Positions 1-8,697 of a stretch of DNA of 39,952 bases are shown one piece after another. Origin of the DNA: Methylacidiphilum sp. (GTDB lineage: Bacteria; Verrucomicrobiota; Verrucomicrobiia; CAIQCK01). A program made the translations under genes and the position numbers. The notes beneath the pieces are model-generated. The model saw nothing but the letters and a program-made list of their open reading frames with translations. It was not told the DNA's origin and ran no database searches. The first letter of the stretch is position 1; each line of letters opens with the position of its first letter. The stretch spans positions 1-39,952 of the forward strand of contig DYDC01000002.1 in assembly GCA_020718125.1 (NCBI GenBank). The letters are read 5' to 3'.

Positions 1-533
1 TCTCGTCCGGCTGCGCGCCGGCGAGCTTGTCGGGGTCGTCGAAGAGGTCGCTGAGGATGACGATGAGGCCGCGTTTGCGGAACCGCTCGGCGAGGTCGTG
101 GAAGATGCGGCTGAGGTTGATCTCGTCGGCGAGGAGCAGGTTCGTGAAAATCGGGCCGGGCAGGAACGTGAACTTGCGGCGGCCGGTCTCGGGATCCTCT
201 TGGGATGATGTCGGTGCCGGTGATGTCGCTCGGCATGAGGTCGGGCGTGAATTGGATGCGTTTGAAGCTGAGCGAGAGCACGCGGCTGAGCGAGTTCACC
301 AGCATCGTTTTGGCGAGGCCGGGGACGCCCACAAGCAGGCAGTGGCCGCGGGCAAAGAGCGTGATGAGCAGTTCCTCGATCACGTTGTCATGGCCGACGA
401 TGACCTTGGCCAGTTCGTCGCGGATGAGGTTGAAGGCTTGTTTGAGACGCTCGACGGCGGCAACGTCGTCGGCCGGAGGGGGCGCGGCAGTTTGGCTCTG
501 GCCCGTTCCAACTACGCGAACGGCTCGTTGGCG
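1..533 (-). pseudogene. Degraded MoxR-family AAA+ ATPase gene (5' part) joined in-line to the 3' part of a DUF58-like gene; runs off the left window edge
   Basis: Hand translation of the minus strand (not in the ORF track): ..[70 protein letters not shown]. One extra base near 203 then shifts the frame to [29 protein letters not shown] (MoxR Walker B). This reads straight on (junction about 113-118) into [31 protein letters not shown], a DUF58-type C-terminal motif. There is no ATG/GTG/TTG between the in-frame stop at 534-536 and the Walker A. Confidence 0.55.
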
Positions 534-537
534 TCAA

Positions 538-1287
538 TCACTTCGACTTCGACTTTGCAGGCTTGGCGGAACCGGCAGCGCGGATGGTGATGGTGACCTT
601 GGCGCCGGGTTTGGGACAGACCTTCTCGTTGACGTTGTAGATGTAGTCGTTCGTGCCGTTGGCCATCGCATTGTCCACGACGGTGTCGGGATGGTGCATC
701 GTGACGATGAGGTCGCCGAGCACGTCGCCCATGTAGCGGCCTTCCACGATGCGTGAGCCGGTGAACGCCCAGGTGTGCGGGCGCATCGGCTTCTTGATCT
801 GCTCGTCGAACAGCAGTTCCTCGGCGCGGACACGCTTGTTCTTCTTGGTCTTCGGGTCGAGGTAGTCCACGTAAACCTCCATGGGGTCGCCGACAGCGGG
901 CTTGTCAGAGCCGACGGCGTCCACGGGTTTGCCGGGATTCAGACCGAGGGTGAGCAGCGCGAGTTGGAAGTAGAACGGACGGACCGGCGCGACGAGGAGC
1001 GATTCGTAGGCCCGGCCGCGGGGTGAGGCAATGAGAACCTCGATGTTGCGTTCCCACGTCGCGATCTCGCCGGGCATGGTGATCTCACGCTTTTCGGGGT
1101 CAATGACCATCGGCGCGATGAGGACCTGGCCGCTGGGCAGCTTCATGATCTTCGGCGGCGTGCGGTCCTTGCCGAGATCGAAGTCGTCGGTCTTGAGGTA
1201 GCTCTCGAGGCTGGTGGGCGGCTGGTTGGTGTCTGCCGCGCAGGCGAGGCTGGCGGCAATGAGCAGGGCGGGGAGGATTCGCTTCAT
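538..1287 (-). CDS. Secreted or lipid-anchored hypothetical protein (possibly YdjY-like domain)
   Basis: ORF 538..1437. The likely true start is MKRILPALLIAASLACAADT at 1287 (signal peptide with a Cys after LA). It lies 2 nt downstream of the stop of the upstream gene. The family call is a weak memory match only. Confidence 0.6.
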   Translation of the reverse strand: MKRILPALLIAASLACAADTNQPPTSLESYLKTDDFDLGKDRTPPKIMKLPSGQVLIAPMVIDPEKREITMPGEIATWERNIEVLIASPRGRAYESLLVAPVRPFYFQLALLTLGLNPGKPVDAVGSDKPAVGDPMEVYVDYLDPKTKKNKRVRAEELLFDEQIKKPMRPHTWAFTGSRIVEGRYMGDVLGDLIVTMHHPDTVVDNAMANGTNDYIYNVNEKVCPKPGAKVTITIRAAGSAKPAKSKSK

Positions 1288-1289
1288 GG

Positions 1290-2423
1290 TTATTTGCCGC
1301 GGGCAGCTTCGAGTGCGAGGACGGCGTAACAGGTGACGAGGACGGGGTCGGATTCCTGCCAGCGACCGGCTTCGTTGAGCCAGTGGTTGCCTTCCTTCTG
1401 GAAGTTCAGGAGCGCGCGGATGAACTCGGTGCGCCAATCATGGGTGACTCCCTTCTCGTCGGTGATGGTGGCTTCGCCAAAGGCGTCGAGGGCCTTGGCC
1501 ATCGCGTGCAGGTAGTAGTAGTGGCCTTCCCTGCCCATGCCGGGATTCTCGCTGAACGTCCAGTTGCGGCGGGCCCAGTCGAGGGCGGCCTGCGTGCGCG
1601 GGTCGTCCTTCTTGAGTCCGGCGTAGAGGAGGCTCTTGAAACCGGCGTAGGTCATCGAACCGTAGGACCGGAAGCTGACGCTGGCGTTGACGTTGGTGGT
1701 CACGGGGCCGCGCGTTTCGGTGGGGCCGTAAACAAAACCGCCACGGTCTTCGGCCGCCGTTGAGGCGTTGGTGTTGGCCGACGGCAGGTTCTGGCAGCGG
1801 GCGAGAAAGGCGAGGGCCTTGTCCCAATGCAACCGCGACTGCGTCTGCTCGGTCTCGCTGGCTTTGATGGCCTTGATCTGCTCGCTGACGTGCAGCGCCT
1901 CCAGCGCGAACGCGGTGTTGGACAAATCGGGGCGCTTGTTGCGCCCATACCCGATGCCGCCGTAGCGCGGGTCGTCCTTGCCGACGTCCTCGCTCTCGTC
2001 GAACTGCGAGTTCAACAGGAACGTCCGGGCCTTGGCAATGACGTCGCGATGTTCGGGCTTGTTGAGCGTGGCCAGCGTGGTCAGGCAGATGGCGGTCGAG
2101 TAGTTGGGGTAGGGGTCGGCGGGCGGGCCGCCGTAGATGGTGCCGTCGGGCTTGGCGCAGGTGAGGATGAACTTCGTGCCCGCTGCGATGCGCCTCCCGG
2201 CGTCGGGCGTGAGGCCACCGGGCGTCTGCGCGAACGCGAGCACGGCCAGGCCGGTGATGGCCGGATGCTTGTGCCAGGAACCGTCCTGTTCCTGCTGCTT
2301 GGCGAGGTAATCAAGGCCGTTGGCAATGGCGCGGTCGGCTTCCTGCTGGGTAGAGATGTCCACTGCCAATGCTGTGGCGATGGTGACGGCACAGGTCAAG
2401 GTGGCAACCAAGTGATTCTTCAT
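1290..2423 (-). CDS. Prenyltransferase/squalene-oxidase repeat (terpenoid cyclase-like) secreted protein
   Basis: 377-aa ORF with an N-terminal signal-like segment. It shows repeated QQxxDGSW/GG motifs (LAKQQEQDGSWHK, DGTIYGG, RYGGIGYG, RGGFVYG) typical of alpha/alpha-toroid prenyltransferase repeats. A GGTGG SD-like motif lies upstream. Confidence 0.7.
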   Translation of the reverse strand: MKNHLVATLTCAVTIATALAVDISTQQEADRAIANGLDYLAKQQEQDGSWHKHPAITGLAVLAFAQTPGGLTPDAGRRIAAGTKFILTCAKPDGTIYGGPPADPYPNYSTAICLTTLATLNKPEHRDVIAKARTFLLNSQFDESEDVGKDDPRYGGIGYGRNKRPDLSNTAFALEALHVSEQIKAIKASETEQTQSRLHWDKALAFLARCQNLPSANTNASTAAEDRGGFVYGPTETRGPVTTNVNASVSFRSYGSMTYAGFKSLLYAGLKKDDPRTQAALDWARRNWTFSENPGMGREGHYYYLHAMAKALDAFGEATITDEKGVTHDWRTEFIRALLNFQKEGNHWLNEAGRWQESDPVLVTCYAVLALEAARGK

Positions 2424-2506
2424 GATGATGGTTTTTCCACCTGCTTTAGTTGCGTTTCACGGGGCAAAAGTTGTCCGTGCAGAAGACGGCAGGGATTGGT
2501 TCCTCT

Positions 2507-4699
2507 TCAACGCGTCTCTGGCGCCGCCGGCGAAGCGGTGTTTGCGATCTTCGCGCCGCTGGTATTGCCTCCTGCCACAACGATGTCATTAAGGATGGAC
2601 AGCGCCTCTTGAAGCGTGGGGTCCAGAGAGGGTTTCTTCGGATCGTCCTCGTCATCCTCATCGGTGTCGCTGCTGTCATCCCGGGGGACCTTGGCGGCGG
2701 CAGTGGGCTTCGTCGTCGCAGCGGCAGTGGAGGCGGTTGGCGGCAAGGGATGCAGCACTATCTCGGTAAGTTTCGGTTCCGGCATGTTGCGCGACTTGCG
2801 CTCCTTCTTGCGGCTGTCGGTCCGGTTCTCGTCGGCTTTCTTCTCCTGTTGGCGCTTGGCGAGGTTCAGCGAGACGTAACCTTCTTTGATCTGTTGTGCG
2901 ACGCGGGCGATGTCGTCCTGGATGTAGGCGAAGTCACGGTCCTTTTGCAGCCGCTCCGTGGAGCGGCGGCGCAGCTCGGCCAGTTCCTGATGCCGGACGG
3001 GGTCGCGGGAGTAAACGGCTGCCGACACCTCGTCGTAGGGCATGGCGTTGTCGAGCGCCGACTCGCCGATTTCGCGGGAGTCGTAGATTGAAGGCAGGAT
3101 GATGTCCGGGATGACGCCGCGGTGCTGCGTGGAGCCGCCGGCGATGCGGTAAAACTTCTGCGTCGTGAGCTTGAGCGCCCCGGCCTTGGCGTCGCCGAAG
3201 GCCCAGTTGGCCATCGGCAGCATGGTTTGCACGGTGCCTTTGCCGAAGGTCTTCTTGTCGCCGACGACCATCGCGCGGCCGTAGTCCTGCATGGCTGCGG
3301 CAAAAATCTCGGAAGCCGAAGCGCTGAGGTGGCTGGTGAGCACCAGCAGCGGCCCGTCGTAGGCGACTTTCGGATCCTCGTCATCGAGAATCTGGATGCG
3401 ACCGCGGAAGTCCTTCACCTGGACGACAGGTCCTTGCTTGATGAAGAGGCCGGCCAACGCGACGGCCTCGTCGAGGAGGCCGCCGCCGTTGCGGCGCAGG
3501 TCGAGGACGATGCCATCCACGCGCTGTGCCTGGAGTTTCTCGATCAACATCGCGACGTGGCGCGTGGTGCTGACGGCGTTCGTGTCCGCGTTGCGGTCGC
3601 GATCGGTGTCGGCATAGAACGAGGGCACCTCGATGACGCCAAGCTTGCGGACGGGACCGGCCCCGTTGCTCCCATGCTCGATGACCTTGGCCTTCGCCTC
3701 CTGCTCCGTGAGTTTGATCTCCTCGCGGATGAGGGTGACGACCTTGCGGACGGAGGAATCGGGCGCGCTGGCGGGAATGACGGTGAGCCGGACTTTGGTG
3801 CCCTTGGCGCCCCGGATTTGCTCGACGACCTTGTTGAGCTTCATGTCCACGACATCCACTGGCTCGTCTTCGCCTTGCGCGACGGCGACAACGCGGTCGT
3901 CCACCTTGAGCTGGCGGCTCATGTCAGCCGGACCGCCTGGCACGAGGCTGACGATCTTGGTGTAGCCGTCCTCGGACTTGAGCACCGCGCCGATGCCGAA
4001 GAGCGAGAGCTTCATGGTGATCTCGAAATTCTTCAGTTCCGATTTGCCGAGGTAGTCGGAGTGCGGGTCATAGGCGTGGCAGAGCGAGTTGATGTAGGCT
4101 TCCCCGACATCGTCGGCGTCCATTTCGCGGATGGAGCGCAGCATCCGGTCGTAACGCCGCGTGATCAAGCGGATGGCCTCCTCGGGCTTGGTCTTGTTGA
4201 GGTGTTCCTGGAGCAGCTCGTGTTTTACGCGCAGGCGCCAGAGTTCCCTGGCGGCGGCCTCATCGGCGGGCCAGACCGCCTTGGTGCGGTCAATCTGGAT
4301 TTTCTCGTCGTTGCTGAAGTCGGGGGGTTGTTTGAGGAATTCCTTGGCCCAGCCGACGGCCTGCTCGACGCGCTGCTCGTAGCGCTCGAAGATCTCGAAC
4401 GCCGGGCTGGCGTCGTCGGCCAGTGTCCGGCTGGTCAGCATCGCACGGTAACGCTCGAACTCCTGGAGGTCGCTTTGCCGGAAAAACATCCGTGTATAGT
4501 CCAACGCCTCGATGTATTTCCGGAGAAACCTGGCCGCAAGGGCGTCGTCGAGTTTGTGGTGGTTGTAGTGGGCCTGCTCGAACAGTTTCGCGGTGAGGTG
4601 GGCGATGCGGCCGGCGTCAGGGGTCGGCTTGGGCGCGGCAAAGGCCTGCGCCGCGACAAAAACGGCTGTCAGCAAGAATCCAGATAGTCTCAACGTCAT
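2507..4699 (-). CDS. prc: Tail-specific (C-terminal processing) protease, peptidase S41 family
   Basis: ORF 2507..4816. The likely start is MTLRLSGFLLTAVFVAAQAFA at 4699 (signal peptide). It has a PDZ-like segment (FGIGAVLKSEDGYTKIVSLVPGGPA), an S41 core (IVLDLRRNGGGLL, LTSHLSASASEIFA), and an acidic low-complexity C-terminal tail. Confidence 0.9.
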   Translation of the reverse strand: MTLRLSGFLLTAVFVAAQAFAAPKPTPDAGRIAHLTAKLFEQAHYNHHKLDDALAARFLRKYIEALDYTRMFFRQSDLQEFERYRAMLTSRTLADDASPAFEIFERYEQRVEQAVGWAKEFLKQPPDFSNDEKIQIDRTKAVWPADEAAARELWRLRVKHELLQEHLNKTKPEEAIRLITRRYDRMLRSIREMDADDVGEAYINSLCHAYDPHSDYLGKSELKNFEITMKLSLFGIGAVLKSEDGYTKIVSLVPGGPADMSRQLKVDDRVVAVAQGEDEPVDVVDMKLNKVVEQIRGAKGTKVRLTVIPASAPDSSVRKVVTLIREEIKLTEQEAKAKVIEHGSNGAGPVRKLGVIEVPSFYADTDRDRNADTNAVSTTRHVAMLIEKLQAQRVDGIVLDLRRNGGGLLDEAVALAGLFIKQGPVVQVKDFRGRIQILDDEDPKVAYDGPLLVLTSHLSASASEIFAAAMQDYGRAMVVGDKKTFGKGTVQTMLPMANWAFGDAKAGALKLTTQKFYRIAGGSTQHRGVIPDIILPSIYDSREIGESALDNAMPYDEVSAAVYSRDPVRHQELAELRRRSTERLQKDRDFAYIQDDIARVAQQIKEGYVSLNLAKRQQEKKADENRTDSRKKERKSRNMPEPKLTEIVLHPLPPTASTAAATTKPTAAAKVPRDDSSDTDEDDEDDPKKPSLDPTLQEALSILNDIVVAGGNTSGAKIANTASPAAPETR

Positions 4700-4895
4700 G
4701 GTGTGATTCTTGCGTATCCCAGCCATTCCCGCAAGCCGAAGAATGGCACCGAGCGGGCAGGGGCAGGGCATCTGGACAGGCTGCCTCGCGACTGATGACT
4801 CTCTACGCGTGGACACGCTCCTTCCCCCTCCTCATCGGGCGAAGGTTGGTTCCATCCCGATCTTGGGCTGATCGGGTGGTGATGGCGGCTTGTTA

Positions 4896-5069
4896 CTACT
4901 TCCGGGTCGTGCCGGCGGCCTTGCGACTGAGGCAAACCTTGCCAGAAGCGACCAGCACCAGGATGGCTGCCAGACAGGCACCTTGTTCATACGTCAGCAT
5001 GCCGTCAAGGACTCCACGCGCGATGCCCGCCAGCGCCACCCCAACTACGACGTCCATTACTCGGTTCAT
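4896..5069 (-). CDS. Possible small (57 aa) two-helix membrane protein
   Basis: Hand translation; below the ORF-track size cutoff: MNRVMDVVVGVALAGIARGVLDGMLTYEQGACLAAILVLVASGKVCLSRKAAGTTRK*. It has an ATG start, two hydrophobic stretches, a basic tail and an in-frame stop 7 codons upstream. No clear SD and no family recognised. Confidence 0.25.
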   Translation of the reverse strand: MNRVMDVVVGVALAGIARGVLDGMLTYEQGACLAAILVLVASGKVCLSRKAAGTTRK

Positions 5070-5253
5070 AGAGCCACTGGACAGCAGCTATGAGGTCATG
5101 CATCAATCCAATTCACAACAGCATGGCGTTGCGGAAACAGGTGACAGAAATCTCCGGCTGGCGCGTCCGTTGCGCCGTTTTTGTCCGGCCCGTGTTCAAT
5201 TCTGTGCGAACCGAGGCTCGACGCCGTTGCCGCGCAGTGCTACGGATAATGCC

Positions 5254-6483
5254 ATGAGCGAACCCCAAACCGTGGCTGCGCCGAAGAAGGTCAACCTGCG
5301 CCGTCCCGAAGTCATGGAGCAGGTCCAGGCGCAGGTGGAGCAACACTACCGCAGCATCGTCGTCGAGAAACTGCGCGCTTCCGGCAACGTCCTTTTCGCC
5401 GGTGGCCTGACCGTCCGGCTGGCGAAGCAGTTCGGTTTCTGCTACGGCGTCGAGCGGGCCATTGACCTCGCCTACGCCGCCCGCAAGGTTTTCAAGGACA
5501 AGAAGCTCTACATCCTCGGCGAGATCATCCACAACCCCGAGGTCAACGAGCAGGTTCGCCGCATGGGCATCAAGACGCTCACCGGGGAGCGCCCCGAAGC
5601 TTCGCTCGACGACGTGACAGCCAGCGACGCGGTCATCATCCCGGCCTTCGGCGCCGAGGTCAGCACGATGGACCGCCTGAAAGCCATCGGCTGCCGGCTT
5701 GTGGACACTACTTGCGGCGACGTGCTGAGCGTGTGGAAACGCGTCACACAATACGCCTCCGACCAGATCACCTCCATCATCCACGGCAAGGCATGGCACG
5801 AGGAAACGAAGGCGACCAGTTCCCGCGCGCTCGCCAAAGGCCCCGGTCTCTACCTCGTGGTCTATAATCTCGAAGAGACCGACTACGTCTGCGACTACAT
5901 CCGCCGCGCCGGCAGCAAGGCGGAATTCCTCAAGAAGTTCGAGGGCGCGCACTCACCCGGATTTGATCCGGACCGCGACCTCCAGTGCATCGGACTCGCC
6001 AACCAGACCACGATGCTGCGCAGCGAGACGGAGGAGGTCCAGCGCCGCCTGCGCCAGGCCATGCGCGACCGCTACGGCGACGCCGAGTTGCCTCGGCGCT
6101 ACCAGTTCTTCGATACGATCTGCGGCGCCACACAGGAAAGGCAGGATGCCCTCGATGACCTGCTCCAGCAGCCGCTCGACCTGATGATCGTCGTCGGCGG
6201 CTACAACAGCAGCAACACCTCGCACTTGGTCGAGATGAGCGAGAAACGATGCCCCACCTATTTCATCAAGGCCGCCAGCAAGATCATTTCGGACACCCGG
6301 ATCCAGCACTTCGACCTCCACAAACAAGGGGAGATTGAAACTGCCGACTGGCTTCCCATGGGGCGTCCCGTCTCCATTGGCGTCACTGCCGGCGCCTCCT
6401 GTCCGAACAACCTCATCGAGGAAACCATCCGCCGCCTCTTCGAGTTGCGCGGCGTCACACTGGAGAATCTGCTGGAGTCGTAA
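5254..6483 (+). CDS. ispH: 4-hydroxy-3-methylbut-2-enyl diphosphate reductase, long (about 400 aa, cyanobacterial/plant-like) form
   Basis: ORF 4795..6483. The probable start is MSEPQTV at 5254. Motifs: FGFCYGVERAI, PAFG, DTTCGDV, HGKAWHEET, GLANQTT, DTICGATQERQ, VVGGYNSSNTSHL. Confidence 0.9.
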   Translation: MSEPQTVAAPKKVNLRRPEVMEQVQAQVEQHYRSIVVEKLRASGNVLFAGGLTVRLAKQFGFCYGVERAIDLAYAARKVFKDKKLYILGEIIHNPEVNEQVRRMGIKTLTGERPEASLDDVTASDAVIIPAFGAEVSTMDRLKAIGCRLVDTTCGDVLSVWKRVTQYASDQITSIIHGKAWHEETKATSSRALAKGPGLYLVVYNLEETDYVCDYIRRAGSKAEFLKKFEGAHSPGFDPDRDLQCIGLANQTTMLRSETEEVQRRLRQAMRDRYGDAELPRRYQFFDTICGATQERQDALDDLLQQPLDLMIVVGGYNSSNTSHLVEMSEKRCPTYFIKAASKIISDTRIQHFDLHKQGEIETADWLPMGRPVSIGVTAGASCPNNLIEETIRRLFELRGVTLENLLES

Positions 6484-6492
6484 ACCGGAGCT

Positions 6493-6975
6493 TCAGCCGG
6501 CCCGCTTGATTCTCTCGACGATGGAACTGGTCGAGTAGCCCGTCTTGAACTTCACCAGGCGGATTTTCGCGCCACGTGCCGCCAGCGCCTGCCGCTCGTC
6601 CACGTCCAACGTGGCCAGCGTGTAGTCGCCTCCCTTGACATAAACATCCGGCGCCAATGCGCGCATCACCGGCGTTGCCCGCGCGGTGTTGAAGATCACC
6701 ACGTAGTCCACAGCCGCCAATCCGGCCAGCAGTTCTGCGCGCGCCCGTTGCGACATGATGGGCCGTCCCGCGCCCTTGAGCGCTCGCACACTCCGGTCGC
6801 CATTGAGCGCCACCACCAGCACGTCGCCGAAACTCCTGGCCGTCTCCAGATACTCCACGTGGCCGGGGTGCAACAGGTCGAAGCAACCATTGGTCAGCAC
6901 GACCCGCTGGCCCTTGCGCCGCAGCTTGCGGCGGATGGTTGTGAGATTGGCGAGGGTCTGAATCTTGGCGCGCAT
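6493..6975 (-). CDS. rfaE2: D-glycero-beta-D-manno-heptose 1-phosphate adenylyltransferase (RfaE domain II, stand-alone)
   Basis: 160 aa. Cytidylyltransferase signature VLTNGCFDLLHPGHVEYL plus DYVVIF and VKGGDY. It is convergent with ispH, with only 9 nt between the stops. Confidence 0.85.
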   Translation of the reverse strand: MRAKIQTLANLTTIRRKLRRKGQRVVLTNGCFDLLHPGHVEYLETARSFGDVLVVALNGDRSVRALKGAGRPIMSQRARAELLAGLAAVDYVVIFNTARATPVMRALAPDVYVKGGDYTLATLDVDERQALAARGAKIRLVKFKTGYSTSSIVERIKRAG

Positions 6976-7041
6976 CAGTGGCGTGCTTTATGGGACAAGA
7001 GGGGCCGTTTCGTCAAGGCGGCTGCGGCGCGGCGGGCGGCG

Positions 7042-7620
7042 CTAGACAGCCTTCTTCTGCGCAGGCCGTTCCCAAGGCGCTTCTTTCTCACCCCGGCGCT
7101 TGCCGGTCCAGCGAGCCAGCACAAACAGCGCATCGCCGAGACGGTTCAGGTATTTCACCACGGTCTGTTCGCCCGGATGCGGTTCCTCGCGCGCGAGTCG
7201 CACGCAGAGCCGCTCAGCCCGCCGGCAGATCGTCCTTGCCAGGTGCAACAGCGACGGCGCCTTGCCGCCGTCGGGCAGGATGAACTCCTCCAGCGGATTC
7301 AATTCCGTCTCGCAGCGGTCCATCAGTTCCTCCAGCCGTGTCACCTCCGCATCGCCGACGGCTGGCATCCCGTCCATCCGGTCGGCGGGCGCAATACACA
7401 GGACGGAGCCGACGCTGAACAGCTCGTTCTGGAAGGCGCGCAGGATCGTCTCCAACTCCGGGTCGTCGTTGAACGCCCGCGCCACGCCGAGCGCGGAGTT
7501 CAACTCGTCCACCGTGCCGTAGCACTCGACACGCAGGGAGTCTTTGGGCACGCGCTGGCCACCTGCCAGCCCCGTCACGCCCTGGTCGCCCGTCCGTGTA
7601 TAGACTTTTGTGATTCGCAT
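7042..7620 (-). CDS. pduO: ATP:cob(I)alamin adenosyltransferase, PduO type
   Basis: 192 aa. It begins MRITKVYTRTGDQGVTGL....ECYGTVDELNS and also has FILPGG-like (FILPDGG) and ARTICRRAER motifs. Confidence 0.9.
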   Translation of the reverse strand: MRITKVYTRTGDQGVTGLAGGQRVPKDSLRVECYGTVDELNSALGVARAFNDDPELETILRAFQNELFSVGSVLCIAPADRMDGMPAVGDAEVTRLEELMDRCETELNPLEEFILPDGGKAPSLLHLARTICRRAERLCVRLAREEPHPGEQTVVKYLNRLGDALFVLARWTGKRRGEKEAPWERPAQKKAV

Positions 7621-7632
7621 CGTGTGGTCCTC

Positions 7633-8697
7633 CTATCGAAAACTCTGCCGCTTTTCCCTTCTCAAGAGCCAGATGAAGAAAGGCCCGCCGAGCAGCGCCG
7701 TCAAGACGCCCACGGGAAGTTCGAGCGGCGCCATCACCGTCCGGCAGACAGTGTCGCAGATGATCAGGAACCCCGCCCCGCCCAGCAGCGAGCAGGGCAT
7801 CACCAGCCGATGGTCCGCGCCGAACATCATCCGGACCGCGTGCGGCACGATGATGCCGATAAACCCGATTGGCCCGCTGAGCGAGATCACCGCTGCCGTC
7901 ACGATGGACGCGCCGAGAAACACGAGCTGTTTCACGCGGCGCACACTGACGCCGCGGCTGTGGGCGAGCGCCTCGCCGGTCGCCAGCAGGTTCAACGGCC
8001 GTGCCAGCGCCAGCAGCAGCGCGCTGCCGATGGCGAAGAAAATCGCCGCCCGCCACACGGGTCCGAATCCAGTCACGTCGAGGCTGCCCACCGTCCAGCG
8101 CATGATCTGGAAGGCATCCACGAAATCCGCGCGCCAGTAGAGCAGGAACAGGATGATCGCCGAGATGAAGTAGCTGATGATCACGCCCGCCAGCACCATC
8201 GTGGTTGTCGGCAACTGCCCGCGACCGCTCGCGACGAAATACACCAGCCCCACGCTCAACAGGCAGCCCGCAAACGCCGCCGCCGGCAGCGGGGAGACGC
8301 CGAGCGTGTAGAGCAGCGTGCCGATTGCGCTGACCTCGACGCCGCTGCGGATGGCGACGACAGCGCCGAGCGAGCCGCCAGCGGCAATGCCGAGCGTGTA
8401 GGGGTCGGCCAGCGGATTGCGCAGCATCGCCTGGAAGCCCGCGCCCGCCAGCGCCAGCGCCGCGCCGGTCATGGCCGCGAGCACGATCCGCGGCAGCCGC
8501 GCCGTCATCAGGATGAGCATGTCATTGTTGCCAGCCGGCCCGAACAACGCCGTGTGCATGTCAATCGTCGTCGGCCCGATGAACGGGCAGATGGCCGCCG
8601 CGATCACGAAGAACAGCGCCGACAGCGCGAGCGGCATCGCCAGCCGGCGTCCAGTGCTCGCCAGCGGCGCTTCGTCGGATGGGCGTGGCGCGGTCAT
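7633..8697 (-). CDS. btuC: FecCD-family ABC permease (cobalamin/iron-siderophore type, BtuC-like)
   Basis: 354 aa and polytopic. FecCD-like segments: LMTARLPRIVLAAMTGAALALAGAGFQAMLRNPLADPYTLGIAAG and GPIGFIGIIVPHAVR. 4-nt overlap with the upstream ATPase gene. Confidence 0.8.
   Translation of the reverse strand: MTAPRPSDEAPLASTGRRLAMPLALSALFFVIAAAICPFIGPTTIDMHTALFGPAGNNDMLILMTARLPRIVLAAMTGAALALAGAGFQAMLRNPLADPYTLGIAAGGSLGAVVAIRSGVEVSAIGTLLYTLGVSPLPAAAFAGCLLSVGLVYFVASGRGQLPTTTMVLAGVIISYFISAIILFLLYWRADFVDAFQIMRWTVGSLDVTGFGPVWRAAIFFAIGSALLLALARPLNLLATGEALAHSRGVSVRRVKQLVFLGASIVTAAVISLSGPIGFIGIIVPHAVRMMFGADHRLVMPCSLLGGAGFLIICDTVCRTVMAPLELPVGVLTALLGGPFFIWLLRREKRQSFR

Noticed and set aside
3122-4687. 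521-aa + strand ORF opposite the tail-specific protease
   Set aside because: It is antisense to a clearly identifiable S41 protease. The composition is biased (G/A/V/D/L repeats from GC-rich codons) and there are no motifs.
4795-5253. Upstream extension of the ispH ORF (562-aa version)
   Set aside because: The extension has no IspH similarity and is non-protein-like. It would also overlap the divergent promoter region. The conserved sequence begins after M(5254).
6470-6510. Bidirectional terminator between convergent ispH and rfaE2 (9-nt gap)
   Set aside because: Only a 4-bp CCGG/CCGG pairing could be found, with no U/A tracts. This is not convincing.
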